DNA of 62,006 nucleotides, counting the filler, from Platydemus manokwari (taxonomy: Eukaryota): NCBI GenBank assembly GCA_037951405.1. It is 5 parts of 5 records of this genome, joined end to end, with 100 filler letters (N's around TTAATTAATTAA, not from the genome) between each part and the next. Parts side by side here need not be neighbours in the genome. Positions count along the whole stretch, not along the records: positions 24,352 to 36,202 come from JBBMOY010433333.1; positions 36,303 to 47,316 come from JBBMOY010977751.1; 3 more parts are not named here. One strand, 5' to 3'. Numbering within the stretch: position 1 is the stretch's first letter; every line of letters begins with the position of its first letter. The notes beneath the pieces were generated by a model. The model saw only the letters and a list, made by a program, of their open reading frames with translations, did no database searches and was not told the origin of the DNA. Shown here in pieces: positions 26,927-41,000 of the stretch. A program made the position numbers and the translations under genes.

Positions 26927-29124
26927 CTATTGCAAAGTTGTGAGAGTTAGACGCCGCTTTTTCGGTTCCGGTCCATTGGGTGAGTTCTACAATGTAATAA
27001 TTGCTGAAATATTATCCAATCAAATTACTGCTGCTGGTTTATTGGTTGAAGAAATATTATTCGATATCGCTGTTAATGATGTTGTTTGCTTATTTGGTTC
27101 GATAACAGGATTGAGATCGATCAATATTTGTTCATTATCCATCTCATCGCCTTGTTCCATATCATGTTGTGGGACGATTTGAGAAGAGCAATCAATATTA
27201 TTTGAGATTGATTTGTCAATGTTAATATTCGATGTGATGGCTGAACGATAGATTTCCGTGGGGTCCAATTCAATAATGGGAAGATTCAAATGAATATTGG
27301 ATGAGATTTGTTGATTGGATTCGTCAACCGATTCAATGATATTGCTAAATATGGGAATAATGGTGGGATAATCGATCAATATCATATACAGTTATATCTC
27401 ACTCAATCGTTCTCAATGGTTTATTATTATTATTAACGGAATTCATTGTGGAACATGGGTTACTGACAAGGGTGTAAACATCCCCGAACTCGCCTTTATC
27501 AAAATACACAAATGAGCAATAACCGTCAGTGGAGCTCACAACGAGACAATGCCCATCGGGAGACCAACTAGCATCTGTGATCGATAAGCAATGAATATTG
27601 AAGATCTGAATAAGATTCCCATTAAACGACTTGTGGTAAAGGACCGAATAAATCGTCACCACTCGCCCGACATAATGACGAGTTGTACGAATGATAATAG
27701 ATATAAAATCACCTTAACAATTGGTACACACTGTTCAGTATCAAATATGAGCACGCCATCATCAAGGAGCAGACAAAATATCCATCGATAAGGCAATTTG
27801 AATACAGATTCCATCGGTTTATTGCGCAAAGTGAATCGAATGGGGTTGAATCGCACTCCAATAACAGCATGTTTTCCTGTTGGGATTGTCACTGCCACCT
27901 TTGAAAGATTATTTCGCACAAAGATATGAGCAGCATGATTATCATTGATATTATTATATGAATAAATATCATTGATTTCCTCGGCATTTTTTCTCATGTC
28001 GTGGAAGCCAGCTGGAGTAACGAGCAATTTTCCATCCGGACTGAATTCTAAACGACGGAAAAAATATTTCCACGAGCCATCCTGTATTAAAAGAAAAAAA
28101 ATCGTTTAATTTTCCCCTCTAAGCAACTCATCTTTACTTGAAACAATTTCGAATCTCCAGACTTCCACACTTTGTAAATGCATGTTCGGGTACTTGCTCG
28201 GTAGACTCTCATAGTTCGATCGGAACTTTGTGTGATAACAACATTATCAAGAGGATCCCAAGCTACTCCCTTGACGATTTTCAATGTAAATTTAATTATA
28301 AAATCGTTGAAAAAAATATGCCATTAACAAATTTTAAAAAACAAATTGGGTCCAAAATAGATTAATAATAAGTCATTTTTGTAAAATGAAAGAATAATTA
28401 AATTGAAAGAAATTTAAATAAGAAAAAGAAAACAAAATTATTATTTTTAAAAATTAAATCAAACAATTTAATTTAATTGCCTGAAATATTAATTTATGAT
28501 TAACAATAAAGATCATAAAACTTACCTGTACAAATTGTTTGTGATCTTTTAAAATAATTACTTTATTTGGATTTTTCAAATTCCAAAGAATAGCACAACA
28601 ATCAATAGAACCGGATATTAAATGGTTCTCATTCATTGACCAACATAAATCATACACATCTTGAAAATGTCGCCTATAATCAACATAGTTGAATTCTTAA
28701 ACAATCATATTTTTCGACCTTAAACATTTGGGAGTCCATGATTCGAGATTTTCTTCATCATCATTTTCTGACTTTTGTGGGCTCCCATCATTTTTCTGCC
28801 ACAAAATTATAACACCATCATCGCTTGCGGATGCAAGAATTTTTCCTAATTGAATAATACATAAAGATCACAAACATCAGATTTACCTGAAGGAGACCAT
28901 CGAACAACGTTAACTCTTTTTTCATGTCGACTAAGAGTTGCCACTAAATCGACTGGTCGAAAGTCTTTTATAGAACTATAATTGTAATTAAGTTTCCATA
29001 AACGAACAGCACAGTCAAAACCACCAGTGGCTAAACGAATAAAATTTTCACTTTTCGATTGTATGTCACATGTGTAAATCGGTTCGATATTATGATAAAC
29101 AATATCAGGTGTTATTAATTTCAT
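26927..29124 (-). CDS. CHAF1B: Chromatin assembly factor 1 subunit B (p60), WD40, 8 coding exons
   Basis: Exons 29124-28887, 28845-28719, 28673-28526, 28269-28138, 28081-27713, 27605-27403, 27344-27029 and 26986-26927 splice in frame: MKLITPDIVYHNIEPIY...RLATGGFD...LSRHEKRVNVVRWSPSG...FFRRLEFSPDGKLLVTPAG...FKLPYRWIF...NIHCLSITDASWSPDG. The protein ends in the Asf1-binding B-domain-like KKRRLTLTTLQ*. AATAAA lies at 26885-26890 (-). Confidence 0.96.
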
Positions 29125-29561
29125 ACTTACTAAAATAGATTTAAATAAAATTAAAGTATAAAATAATAGAAAAATAATTTTATAAAAGATCGCATTAATT
29201 ACATTATTTAAACAACAATATTTTAAAATATCAAAACAAATCACATGTGAAGCTTTATTATCTGAACAGACAAATAATATGGCATCAAAACATAAGATTG
29301 GAAAAAAGTGAAGCTCATAATAAAATTTTCAGCTTAACTAAATTAACACTAGATAAATGAACAACATTAATATTTCGCTCAAATAAAGACAAATCGATTT
29401 ACCGTCATAATTCAGAATTATCACACATTCAGAAATTCATTAAAACTGAACAAATTAATTTCTGATAATCCAAATATACTATAATCATGATGCCTAACAT
29501 TTTGTTATTAATATATTCTGTGTTAGATGAAAAAGAAATAAATGGTAATAATTGTAATATT

Positions 29562-29937
29562 TTATTCAGCATCGGATTCAATACTGGCCATTAATTGATC
29601 ATCAATATTTACATCATCGAGCCGCGAATTTGATTCATTACAATCTTGCGAATATATTGCATAAGTCATTGGTACCTCTAAAGACAAGTTATTTTTAAGC
29701 GATAATTGTGATGTGTTACTGGATGTAGATTTACGCTGAAGAATTTCACTGTTATTTACAACTTGTTTATCATCTTTCAGAATGGGAATCATTTTTAAAT
29801 TAGAATAGTCTACCGAATGATGTTGAGAACGAGACCCATAATTAGAAATGCTACTGCTATCTGAAATTGTTCTAATTCGATTTTTGGAAGACAGTTCATT
29901 AACATTGCCGCGACGTCTGCATGTCTCGTTAAATTGC
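29562..29937 (-). CDS. Terminal coding exon of an unidentified gene, possibly a rhodopsin-family GPCR helix 8 and C-tail
   Basis: Acceptor ctag| at 29937 is followed by about 124 open codons, (R)QFNETCRRRGNV...SIESDAE*, rich in Ser/Thr. The start resembles the post-TM7 'SRQFRETF'-type motif. Upstream exons were not found in this contig. Confidence 0.5.
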
Positions 29938-32900
29938 CTAGATATATAATTAAATAATTAAAAATGATTATTGTGTGGAACATATTATATTACGATAACA
30001 GTCATTAATTGAAAAATATTTAGTTAATGTTTAAACAATAATATAATTATTCATACAACATAAATGGATAATAAAATCATGACGAATAAAATAATTGGAA
30101 TGCCAATAATAATAATAATAATATCAAGTCATTTGGATGAATAATATAATAATATTTTGAGGTGTATAATTTGATATCGGTGATTACCTGTTTTAGTTTA
30201 TAAAATAACTTATTTTCACATCGAAATAGATATTTACAATTGAATAATTCAGTTTTGATAAATTCCGACGACTTTTAAACTTTTGACAGTAACTTGACGA
30301 TCAATAATATTTATACGGTGAAATTATAAACTTGTTTTGTAAATAAATATACACATGCCATATTGAATTATAAATATATAATCATAACTATAATTGATTA
30401 ACTGTACTTAATTAATAAATTATAATGATATTTCTTTATTGTACAGTTGATATTATAAACATTTGAATAAAAATACAACGGTATTCATGACAACTAATGA
30501 ATTATTGATTCAAAATTTTTCTTCAACTGAATTATTAACAAGGCAAATACAACTATTTGTTTAAACAAACGGAATAATCACTAGACTAAATGTGTCCAGG
30601 ACAACAATTTTAAACTTGTACGAACAAGAAATCTGAAAGTATAATGAATAAAATGAAATCTACGTTTAAACCTCAAAAATATTTCCATTACAAACCATTA
30701 AACATATGCTACCAATTATTAATAATAATACTTTATTTATAATTATTCCACTTAGCTATTACGGATAATTTATTTCGATAATTCACTATTTTTTGCTAAA
30801 GAATATAATAAATTAATTAAGTAGCAGATCAACGTATCAGACATTAATAATAATTGCTTAAATATATTACGGCATTAAATAAAGTTCAGTTAATAAATCA
30901 TGTGTTCATTTTAGAAACCATTCAACTATTGTTATAATTCTCAAAATGACATTTGTAAAGAATATAACGACTTAAGCAGGGTCACTGATTGAATTGCCTT
31001 TATTAAATATCAAATCTTTAGTGTCAAAATTCATCTATTCTTGTGTTTACTGCGTATAAATCAATCTTCATATAGCCACTTAAATATAAATGGACAATCT
31101 TTCGTCTCATTAAATAGATAATGTTTTCAAAATAGATAAAATTTATAGTTTCCCGAAGTGTCATTATCATTAGTATCTATTATATTTTAGCATTTATTTG
31201 GACTAATTAATTGATTCGATTACATCGGTTATCGGTTGTATTTTATAAAGAGATAATAATATAAAATTATAGAAAACTAGCTTAAAATCAGAGAGACATA
31301 CCAATTTTTTAAGTTACTTAAAAACTAAATTTTAACCTTTAAAATTTAATTCAAGTTTTTGGATTTAAAAATAAATTAATTTTGTAAACAAATCAGAGGT
31401 AATTGGTGCACAAAGATCAATGATCATAATTAATTTAGATATGGTAATAATATCATGGTTATGCAAATGGAAATTTTTTATATGGCTATTTTTACACATG
31501 ACAGAGATACAATTTCAAAACATAATTTTATTGAATTAAGAGATTGTATCTAAAGAGACGTGTTAACATTTTGCTGAATAATACACTCATAATTACACTT
31601 GTAACTGTGTATCGCAGAACAAACTCAAGATCATTGATAAACTTCAAATTTAACTAAAATGAAACATCATCTAAAAAGATTTCGTTTCAAATATTTTTTA
31701 ATAATACTGGATCAACAATTCTGAACCACGTTAAGAGACTATACACTTTTAAAATCAACTACTTCATAATTCAAAAACCGATGGTGGTTCGAACCCAAGA
31801 CAGTTTAACTCACATTCACCATCGTTTATCACTTAATCGTCGTTTTGGTTTCATAGCAATATATTCCTCACAACAATCACAAAATATAATATAATTGAGA
31901 ATATGAATTCAATAGAAAGACGAAAGTTTCGTGAGACTGATGGTTTATATGATACGAGTTTTCGATTTTTTTCGAATCAAGATTTCTAAAGATTTAAATG
32001 AATGAAAATATGTTGAAAAACTGAATAATTTATCAGCTCGCCATTAATCTATAAATAAAACACAAAAACTTTCAGACACAGCAAATGAGCATGTAAAAAA
32101 CATGTCTCTTAATTAAATATCTTTCTTTAATACATTTCTAGATAATTCTTATACGAATAATTTAAAAAAATGAAAAATTATAATGAAAAAATCAACCATT
32201 TATTACAATTTCTAAAAACAGAAACCACGTGATAAAAATTATTGATTCAACACCATGTAATAATATTAATATCACACCGAGACACCAAAATTTGTTTATC
32301 TAGTATTTCCTGAAAATTATCTATCCATATTTGATAATAATTAAAATGAATTCATCGATATAAAACCGTAATAATTGTGAAATATATTTTTATCATAATT
32401 AGTCGTCACCATGTAATTGGTAGAAAAAGTACCAGCTGGTAATGCAAAAACAGAAAGAGTTCTCATTTATTAATAAAATTTCATGAAAAATAAGTAATAT
32501 TTACAAATTCTCGTGGCAGTGTGAATATAATAATATATAAATATCGATTGATCATCACAATTTGATAAAAATGCAATTGACAAAATATATAATAATGACT
32601 GTCAAACGGAGGAATATACATCTGGGAATATTCAGACTTTCTATACTTTTAAATAAAACAATTCTAAAAATACGGATTACATATTAACAGTAAGAAAAAC
32701 TTTTCATAAAGCTGCTTGTCGGAAGAAAATGTAATCTGAATTCAATGAAAGATATCTAATTATCAGAAAATTGACTACAAGAATTTTATTTTTGGGTATG
32801 GTTATAAAATTTTGAAGACGATGTTTTTTAGATATTTTTGGACTAAATTGTTATGAATCAATCTTTATGATCCAGATAAACAGTCAATAGAATTTAGAAA

Positions 32901-33570
32901 TTTGACTTTAAAATGTTTTCGAACATGTAATTCACATAAAATACCAAGAATTTATAAATAAAGAAAAACTTAAATAATAATGAATTTTGATTTTTGTTTT
33001 TAACAAATTATTTTTAGACTGGGAAGATATATGCCTTCTTATTATGTGAAATGAATTTTTTACAATCAGAAATGTGGAAATCGTTTCTCATCGGAAGACT
33101 TTACAAATTAATTTTAGCAACACGAAGTCAGTGATTGTCTATATGGAGGTTTTAAAATGAATTTAATTAGCTTAAATAATGTGATTTAATATTCTTTAAA
33201 GTATTGCGTCTATTCGATTCATTTCAATGACTGCTTTAAAATATAGTAGCGGTTTAAATGACAACCACGCATTCGGATTCGACACTGAAAAATTAATGAC
33301 AGAAAACTATTGAAGAGAGAAGGGAAGATATAGAAAAGAAATACATAGGAAACAGGGATAAATAGAGAAGATATGAAGAAAAGGAAGAAATATTAATTTT
33401 CATATAGATAAATATCTAGAGAATTCAATACAGAAATAATTAAGAATAAGTAAAAATCAAAGATGTTTAAAAATGAGAGGATGTTAGGATTTAAAAATAA
33501 ATTAAAATTAAAAAGATGAATATTAAAAATATTAATTTGCATAAACAATATGGTTAAATATGCTTTTAAA

Positions 33571-33620
33571 TGTTGTGACTTTTCGATATGTTTTCAGTGC
33601 ATGGTGTATAAACGAGTAGT
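33571..33620 (+). repeat. Dispersed ~55-bp repeat, copy 1
   Basis: TGTTGTGACTTTTCGAT..GTTTTCAGTGCATG..TATAAA..AGTAG aligns with the copies at 33960 and 38041. Confidence 0.8.
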
Positions 33621-33959
33621 TTTACGGCTCATAAAATTATTAAAATAGTAGAAAATCATTCATTTTTAATTGGGTCAAACGAAAATCAATACAAGTTGTT
33701 AAAAAACAACAAGTCTAAGCTTAATATATTATTATATATGGCATTGAATATAATTAAAATTTTAATGAAACAACATTTTAAAATCACAGATACAATAAAT
33801 ATAATCATAGAAGTAACCCGGTGATACCAAACAACGAAACAAAAGGTAAACATTAATAATTACATTTATAGAAAATCTAGTGTGAGAATTTTTAAAAATT
33901 TAATTAAAACTTTTTATAAAATTATATTAATTTGTTTATATAACTGCATTTATATATAT

Positions 33960-34015
33960 TGGTGTTGTGACTTTTCGATGAGTTTCCAATGCATGTTTTA
34001 TAAAATTAGTAGCAC
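33960..34015 (+). repeat. Dispersed ~55-bp repeat, copy 2
   Basis: TGGTGTTGTGACTTTTCGATGAGTTTCCAATGCATGTTTTATAAAATTAGTAGC. Confidence 0.8.
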
Positions 34016-36091
34016 TTATATCCAGTAAATACAGAACAAAATGAAACATGTATAATTTCTAATAAAACACATTTGTTCAAATATTTAATAAGAAGTGATG
34101 TCACAGTGTGGTAAAATAAATGAGACAATAACAAAAAATTTACTAGATAATTCGATATATTTTGGTCAATCATTGTTTATCCGTAAATGTGATATTGGCA
34201 AATAAAGTGCAATGACGTATTCATACAAGGCCAGATATTATCTAGATTTAATAGATCGAATTGATTTTATTAATAAACACAATGTAAAATTTTAATAATA
34301 AAATACCGGAAAATATGTTTCAGAAATATCTATAAATTAAAATTCTATTTATGCAATATGATTGTCACAACCACTATTAACAACTTTCGAGACTTTGGGG
34401 GCATGATTTACATATTTTTTCAGTAATAATTATTAGCATAAATATTCTTCATGTAATTAAATGAATAAATAATCATTAATATTTATTGCACAAAGAATAT
34501 TTAAACAAGAATTATGTTTTTATTGAATGAAATATTAAAAAAACCCACCAAAAAATAGTTGCAGTTGCTATCATATGGCCCCTTCAAATATCTTAAATTA
34601 TTTAAAAAACTAATAAATCTTGTTTCCTAATTTATGTATCTCAACACTGAAAGATATCTTCATAAATGTCTGATTGATAACACCAGTCCAAAATTAACAT
34701 TGAGTCAAGAAACTTTCGAAACCTTTGTAAGCCAACCGTAAAAGTATTAATTCTTTATTGATAAAATCAAAAATATGAGTTATAACTTATAATATAGATA
34801 GAATGACATAAAACGATAAATAGAACAATAAAGATAAATAACAATAAGGTTGAGTTTTTCTTAATTCTATGGATAAATAATAAAATCTTTAATAATAGCT
34901 AACCACTAGTTAAAACTTTTGTTTATAAAATACACACCTGCAGAAATGGAGATTCTTTTAGGTGATTTTAAAAGTGTGGATAGAAAAAATTCTTGTAAGA
35001 AAACGTTGTCTGATAGTTATTGATGGTTAAGTTATTGAAAAATTCGTTTGAAAAAGTATAATCTAAACATATCGTGAAAAAAATGATATCCTATCTATAA
35101 AGTCAGTGCTAAATGTAATGATATTTTATCAATCGTTCGTGCTAAATAATAAATACAAGATGGAACCACCAATTTTAACTTATTACGACTTCTAAATTCT
35201 TATAAAGATTTCTGAAAATGAAAACGATATAATGAACAATCTAAAGAGAAATTTTTGATGATTTTTAAAATAAATTTTGATTTAAGCTCCGGTAAGATTT
35301 CAGAGCATATCCTTGAATTTATTATTGAAATTCAAAGTTGGTATCAAATATTGTAGAGCAGAGAATAATTCTATGCATTCAATTAGGATGCATTGTGAAA
35401 GAAAGTATACAACACTATTGACTGTTTCCAAAATCATTTATCCATTTTATTGCACATATTTGGATATGTCATCCCATGGTAATTTTATTTTTTAATATAA
35501 ATTTTACACTTCAATTTATCATTATTGTCTTGCATAGTAATGAAATATCCTTATGAAATAAAAGAACGACAATTTTTATGGAATTTGTCTATGAATCAGA
35601 TAATGCTTTTGATTGGCAGAAATGTTTTATCGCGGCATTTAGTGACCATTTTTACTCAAAATTTTCGCAATTACGATTTTGTTAATCTCAATAAAATGAG
35701 GATTAATTGATATTTTTATTAAATTTTGATCAATGCGAGGCTTGGACATTATCAATTTGGTTTATAATTTTCTAAAAAAAAACCACTTGTTCATTTTTTG
35801 GTAGAAATTTAAAGTTCCCTCCTTTCAATATTTACCACCGGTTAAGGTAACACTTGTCAATAAACATGAGTCCCATAATCATTTAATTTTCGATAATGTG
35901 CTACAATAATCTATGCAAGCGTGTTTGACAATTGTCAAATTAAAGTTTCAAAAAATCAAGTTTACATCCTAAGAAATAATAATTCTCATATCAGAAATAT
36001 TTTTCACATTTGTAATAATCTGTGACAAATGCCATGAAAGTGAAACTATTTCAATACTAGCGTAATAAGTAGTCGAAATTATCATCTAAAA

Positions 36092-36117
36092 CAGGGGTCT
36101 CCAAAGTACGGCCCGCC
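36092..36117 (+). mobile_element. hAT-type terminal inverted repeat (one end)
   Basis: CAGGGGTCTCCAAAGTACGGCCCGCC closely matches the common hAT end CAGGGGTCTCCAAACTACGGCCCGC. It lies about 85 bp before a contig break; the partner end is absent. Confidence 0.6.
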
Positions 36118-36202
36118 AAGCTTAATATGAAACACACGAACATTATGACAAAATTAAGTGATACACATATTTATGATAATCGCGGTATTTTTAATGATGT
36201 TT

Positions 36203-36302
36203 NNNNNNNNNNNNNNNNNNNNNNNNNNNNNNNNNNNNNNNNNNNNTTAATTAATTAANNNNNNNNNNNNNNNNNNNNNNNNNNNNNNNNNNNNNNNNNN
36301 NN
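36203..36302. other. Artificial assembly linker
   Basis: Same 100-bp spacer. Confidence 0.98.
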
Positions 36303-38040
36303 TTTTTTCGAAATTAGTCTGTGAATTTTTGGTATGCATTCTATATATAATGTCTATTCTCTACATGCTCACCTGAATTTCAAAACAAAACAAATGGCAT
36401 AATGTTTTCTCATTTGCTTTGCATTTAGATAGCTATAGGAGATTTTCTAATTTTGAAATAAATGCTTCAGGTTTTGAATACAAGACTGCTAATAAATATA
36501 TCAGACAGTTTCCCGTTACGTAATAATTTTCAGGAAATCAACCTGATAGTTGAAACTTACAGGAAATCTATAAGTACATCATAAATATCTATTGTGTAAT
36601 AATTTTGGATTTGTAGAAGAATTTGTGGTAAATATTCAACCTTAGAAATTCATCGGTGCTTTTCCCGTCAATAACTGAAACCTATATAAACCTATTATTA
36701 ATAAAACATTTATGTATATCTACTTGAATAACAACAACGATGATATTTATTATTATTATCAGTTTCGATAGCTAATTAACTATCATTGATTATTATTAAT
36801 TATTATTATTAATTATAATTATTTTTAATCGTAATTATGTACTTTTATAAAGCTGAATTATAAATATTATTCATGTCACTAAGGTTACCATTGGTATTTT
36901 AATTATTAATATTATTATAATTATTATAATTAAAAGCATTGAGCGAATAACAAAAATAATTTACTGCTGCTAATTTAAAAATATATTTTATACTGTTTAT
37001 ATATTCCATAATGTGTACGGTTTGATCTCACCACTTGTTGTCGTCTATAAATATTCATTAAAAATAAGATATTCAGGAATCTTTTTGATTGCCATGACAA
37101 TCTTAAAATAATTGCCATACAATAATCCATTGTCTTGAAATATGATATCAGAAATCATCATCGGCTTTCAAATTTTTGAATTATGCTGATAGAGTTTGGA
37201 AATAATCTGGCTAATCGGAAAATAAAACACTTCTTATTTACAAAAGTATCATTTACTATGGATTATATTTCATTCAATATCTATGATTTTATTTTTTTTC
37301 ATTTTTATTCTCTTATTTTATTGAAGTAGCAATTAGCAACTCCTATTAATAAAATCTCATAGATATACAGAAGAATGATCGAAGACACGGTTTTATCAGT
37401 AATCAATCAGAAATAAGCGTGTACTGATTTGATCCTCATGGTCTATCAACACATGCATACAAAAATATATCAAAGGCTCAACAGACAAATTGAAATTGTA
37501 AACCTAGGAATCACTAATTCAATCTCTCTAGTTAAACCGTAGAGCGTTAAAAACAAATGAAAGCACAAAATTTTCACACCAATTGAAAGCAGATTTTAGC
37601 CTATGCACAAATTTCGACCGATAATTTTGTGATTGAGTTTGTTTATCTTTTGGTTTATGAACCAATTTCTTAATGCGGTTGAATCTTAAAATTCTGGAAT
37701 TAATTTGTTGGAACTCTATTTAGGCTATAATGGAATTTTATTTATTTTTAAACTGTATGTATCAATATCTAAAACATAGATTACAAGTGTACAACATTAT
37801 CAAAATAATATTATATTATTTTATTATAATAATTATTACTATATTATAATTATACTATATTTTTAGATTTATACTATTTTTATTAATTATATTATATTAT
37901 TATTTATATTATTATAATATAATGATATATTATTAATATTGTGAAAATTTGGAAATGAATGGATTTTTAAAGATTTAATCAAAATTTTATTTAAAATAAT
38001 ATATTAATTTGTATATAAAATTGTATTTGGATATATCATT

Positions 38041-38097
38041 TGGTGTCGTGACTTTTCAGTTAGTTTTCAATGCATGTTTTATAAAATAGTAGCGGCT
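38041..38097 (+). repeat. Dispersed ~55-bp repeat, copy 3 (different contig)
   Basis: TGGTGTCGTGACTTTTCAGTTAGTTTTCAATGCATGTTTTATAAAATAGTAGCGG. Confidence 0.8.
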
Positions 38098-41000
38098 TAC
38101 AATTATTATTATAAATTACTATTAACCAATCATAATATACATTAATTTCTTTTCTAATCGATTTTTGAAGGTGCACCAATTGAAAAAAAACCTAATTAAA
38201 ATCCTCACTATTATTATACATATAATATTTTACCTGATATAAACAAATAATTATTTTAAATAATAATTAATTTTTTTAACAAAAATAATCGTCATTTAAA
38301 ATATTTGTTTTAATTTGTACAAAATTTCCATTTCCAAATAATAACGCTGTAATTATCAATTTATTTAAAGACATGATGCCGTTCTGTGTTGCAACATTAT
38401 TATCTTTCCCCATTATTGCAATGCATAATACAAGTTTTTAAATGAGGAACATATTATCTTTTTTATCTCGAAATACCATCAAATTTTCATCAATCATTTC
38501 TTTGTAATAATAATCATAGAAAATCACGAATTGCTTTGAGAAGTTTTCATCGTGAAATTATAGGAAGTTCTTTCGGGATTTCAATAGAACATATTGATCT
38601 TTTCTTTTCTGATTTGTTTTTGAAAAAAAATCATTTAAAAACAATTAAAAAATCTTACAAGTTATTTTATAATTTAAAGCTCATTAAAGATTTCTTATTA
38701 TTGTTTGATAGACTTTATAAATTTTATAAATCCTTTTCGAAACGTGATCACAATCATTCTGTAATTTTATATTTAAAAAAATATAAACATCACTTTTAAT
38801 TTTTTATAATAAAGTAAAATTACTTATTACTTACAAAGTATATTATTATTTATAATAAAAACTCTTATTTAAATAAAATTGATTTTGTTTAAATATTTTG
38901 ATTTAAATAGAATTTTTTGCGGTTTTTCAAATTTTCATGAATTCGTATAAAATGTCGATAATGCTAAAATTGCTGCTAGCAATTATTATTCTCAAGAGAT
39001 TTTATTTCTTCTTTTCTTTTTAATACATCAAAAAAGGTTTCCCATAAAGGAATAAGTTACTGTAACAATAGACAACGTCTCAATAAACGTCTCAAATGTC
39101 AGACCCACTTTAAACAATAAAATTTTAGAAAATAAATCGAGCTTTCATAAAGATAATTTTTAGAAATGCCAAACTCGTTGAAAAATAGTCGTTTAAATAA
39201 AAATATGACGAATAAGTTCTAAAAGCCGATTCATATTCAACCGTGGTTTTTTAAAAAGGTTAATTTTGAACAATAAATTACCTAATAAAGTGATAATTAT
39301 CTAAATCCTTAGTCCTTTTTGAAGAGTTATCGATTTATGTGCTTTTTGTGGTTCATCAATAGAATTTAGGTTTTTGGTAATGGCTCTTACAATGACGACA
39401 GTCATAATTATGATAATAGTATTTGATATTATTATAAGACTTATAAATGTTTGGTTATCGACATTATGTACTGAAAACAAAAATATAAATAAAGAGACCA
39501 AAATGCAACAACAAGAATTGCTCAAAAGCAAGTAACGAATAAAATGAAAGTAGATATACCTAATCAACATTTACACTGACTATATAACGGTTGTTTCGTA
39601 GAAATACTTTGGAATTTACAATCAAATCATGGTAATACTGACAATACCAACGATTAGTTTATCTACGAACAGGTTTGTTTATATTCACCAGATTCCAATA
39701 AAGCACTGGAATCAATGGACGATGTGCGTCTACTGTAAAATCATTCTGTATCTGTGCAGACATATTATTGATTATATTACCAGTAGTTTTGATTTTTGTA
39801 ATCAAAACATTACCATGATAAAATCGATGAAATAATTTACCATTTATTGAACCCCCTGAAAACAATTTCGTTTGTTCATTACAACTGCTTCATTCAAAAT
39901 ATCAAGAACTCTTCAAAATTGAAAAGTAAACAAACACCCTCATATTATTGAATAAACTAAACAACGGATGTCGGAAACAATTAATAACTCCTCGGGTGGC
40001 CTTGCCGATGTAAGATTTCATAAAATAATTATCTGTGAAATTCATTGAAAACTTTTTATAGTTTCCTTATTTACACTGTTGTATTGCGAAAATAAATGAT
40101 AGTATTTTTCTTCTGTTCCAATAAATATAATCACCTGATATTAGATTATATCAATTTAATTTCTTTAGAATTAAATGAGAATTATATCAGAATGATCAAT
40201 GAGTTTCAAAATAATGATTGTTCCCTTAAGTCTATAATGGTAATAATGGATTCACAATTTATTATATCTATTATAATCTTCAAATGAAGGGAATATTCGT
40301 TGATTACTTCCTTAAACAATTCTATGCTCATGAATTGAGTTATGATTCATTAATTTTATTAGCTTCTAATTGATGTTCTATCATATATCGTGGTAATTTT
40401 ATTCCCATTACTAATTATGACCTCCTCATATTAACAACCATTTTTAACACTTGAGATGCATTCATAAAAATATTTTTTTATTTCCAATCATCTCAACCAA
40501 ATAAGCCATGAAAGCATTTGTTTTTTCTTATCTATTTGTTGAATTCTTTTACTAAAAATTATCAAGTATATAAATTGACAGCAATATTTTCCATTAGACA
40601 AAAATTAAAAAAAATTAAATAAATATATTATTCAGTCGCGTTAACAACCATTTAATAGTACAATGATAGATTAGGCCTCTAGGGAGCATTAATAACAAGA
40701 AGAAAATAAGTCAATTCATATAATGATATATGATCATGTAAAGATACCGAGCTGCTACTGATTGCAAAGAGAAAAAGAAAAATATATGAATCGAAAATTA
40801 TTCAAAGTTTACAGTTATTAGAGAAATAGCAATGTCATTTGTTAGTTGATTTGTATTGTATTGAGGACCAGTTTTTCGAAGACTGATCTTGATCCTTAAT
40901 TATAAAGTTGCTCAAATTCACAGAGAGATTCTTTTGCTTGGATTCTGGTTAAAGCTTTCTTTAATGCATTAACCTCAAAGGACAATGAAACTTGTGTTTT

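Noticed and set aside
34980-35220. Merlin/IS1016-like fragments (IQDGTT, NSYKDF)
   Set aside because: Too short and broken to support.
37088-37103. Isolated X-box-like palindromes (also about 2351, 14102, 26721, 45091)
   Set aside because: Imperfect, not near identified promoters, and expected by chance.
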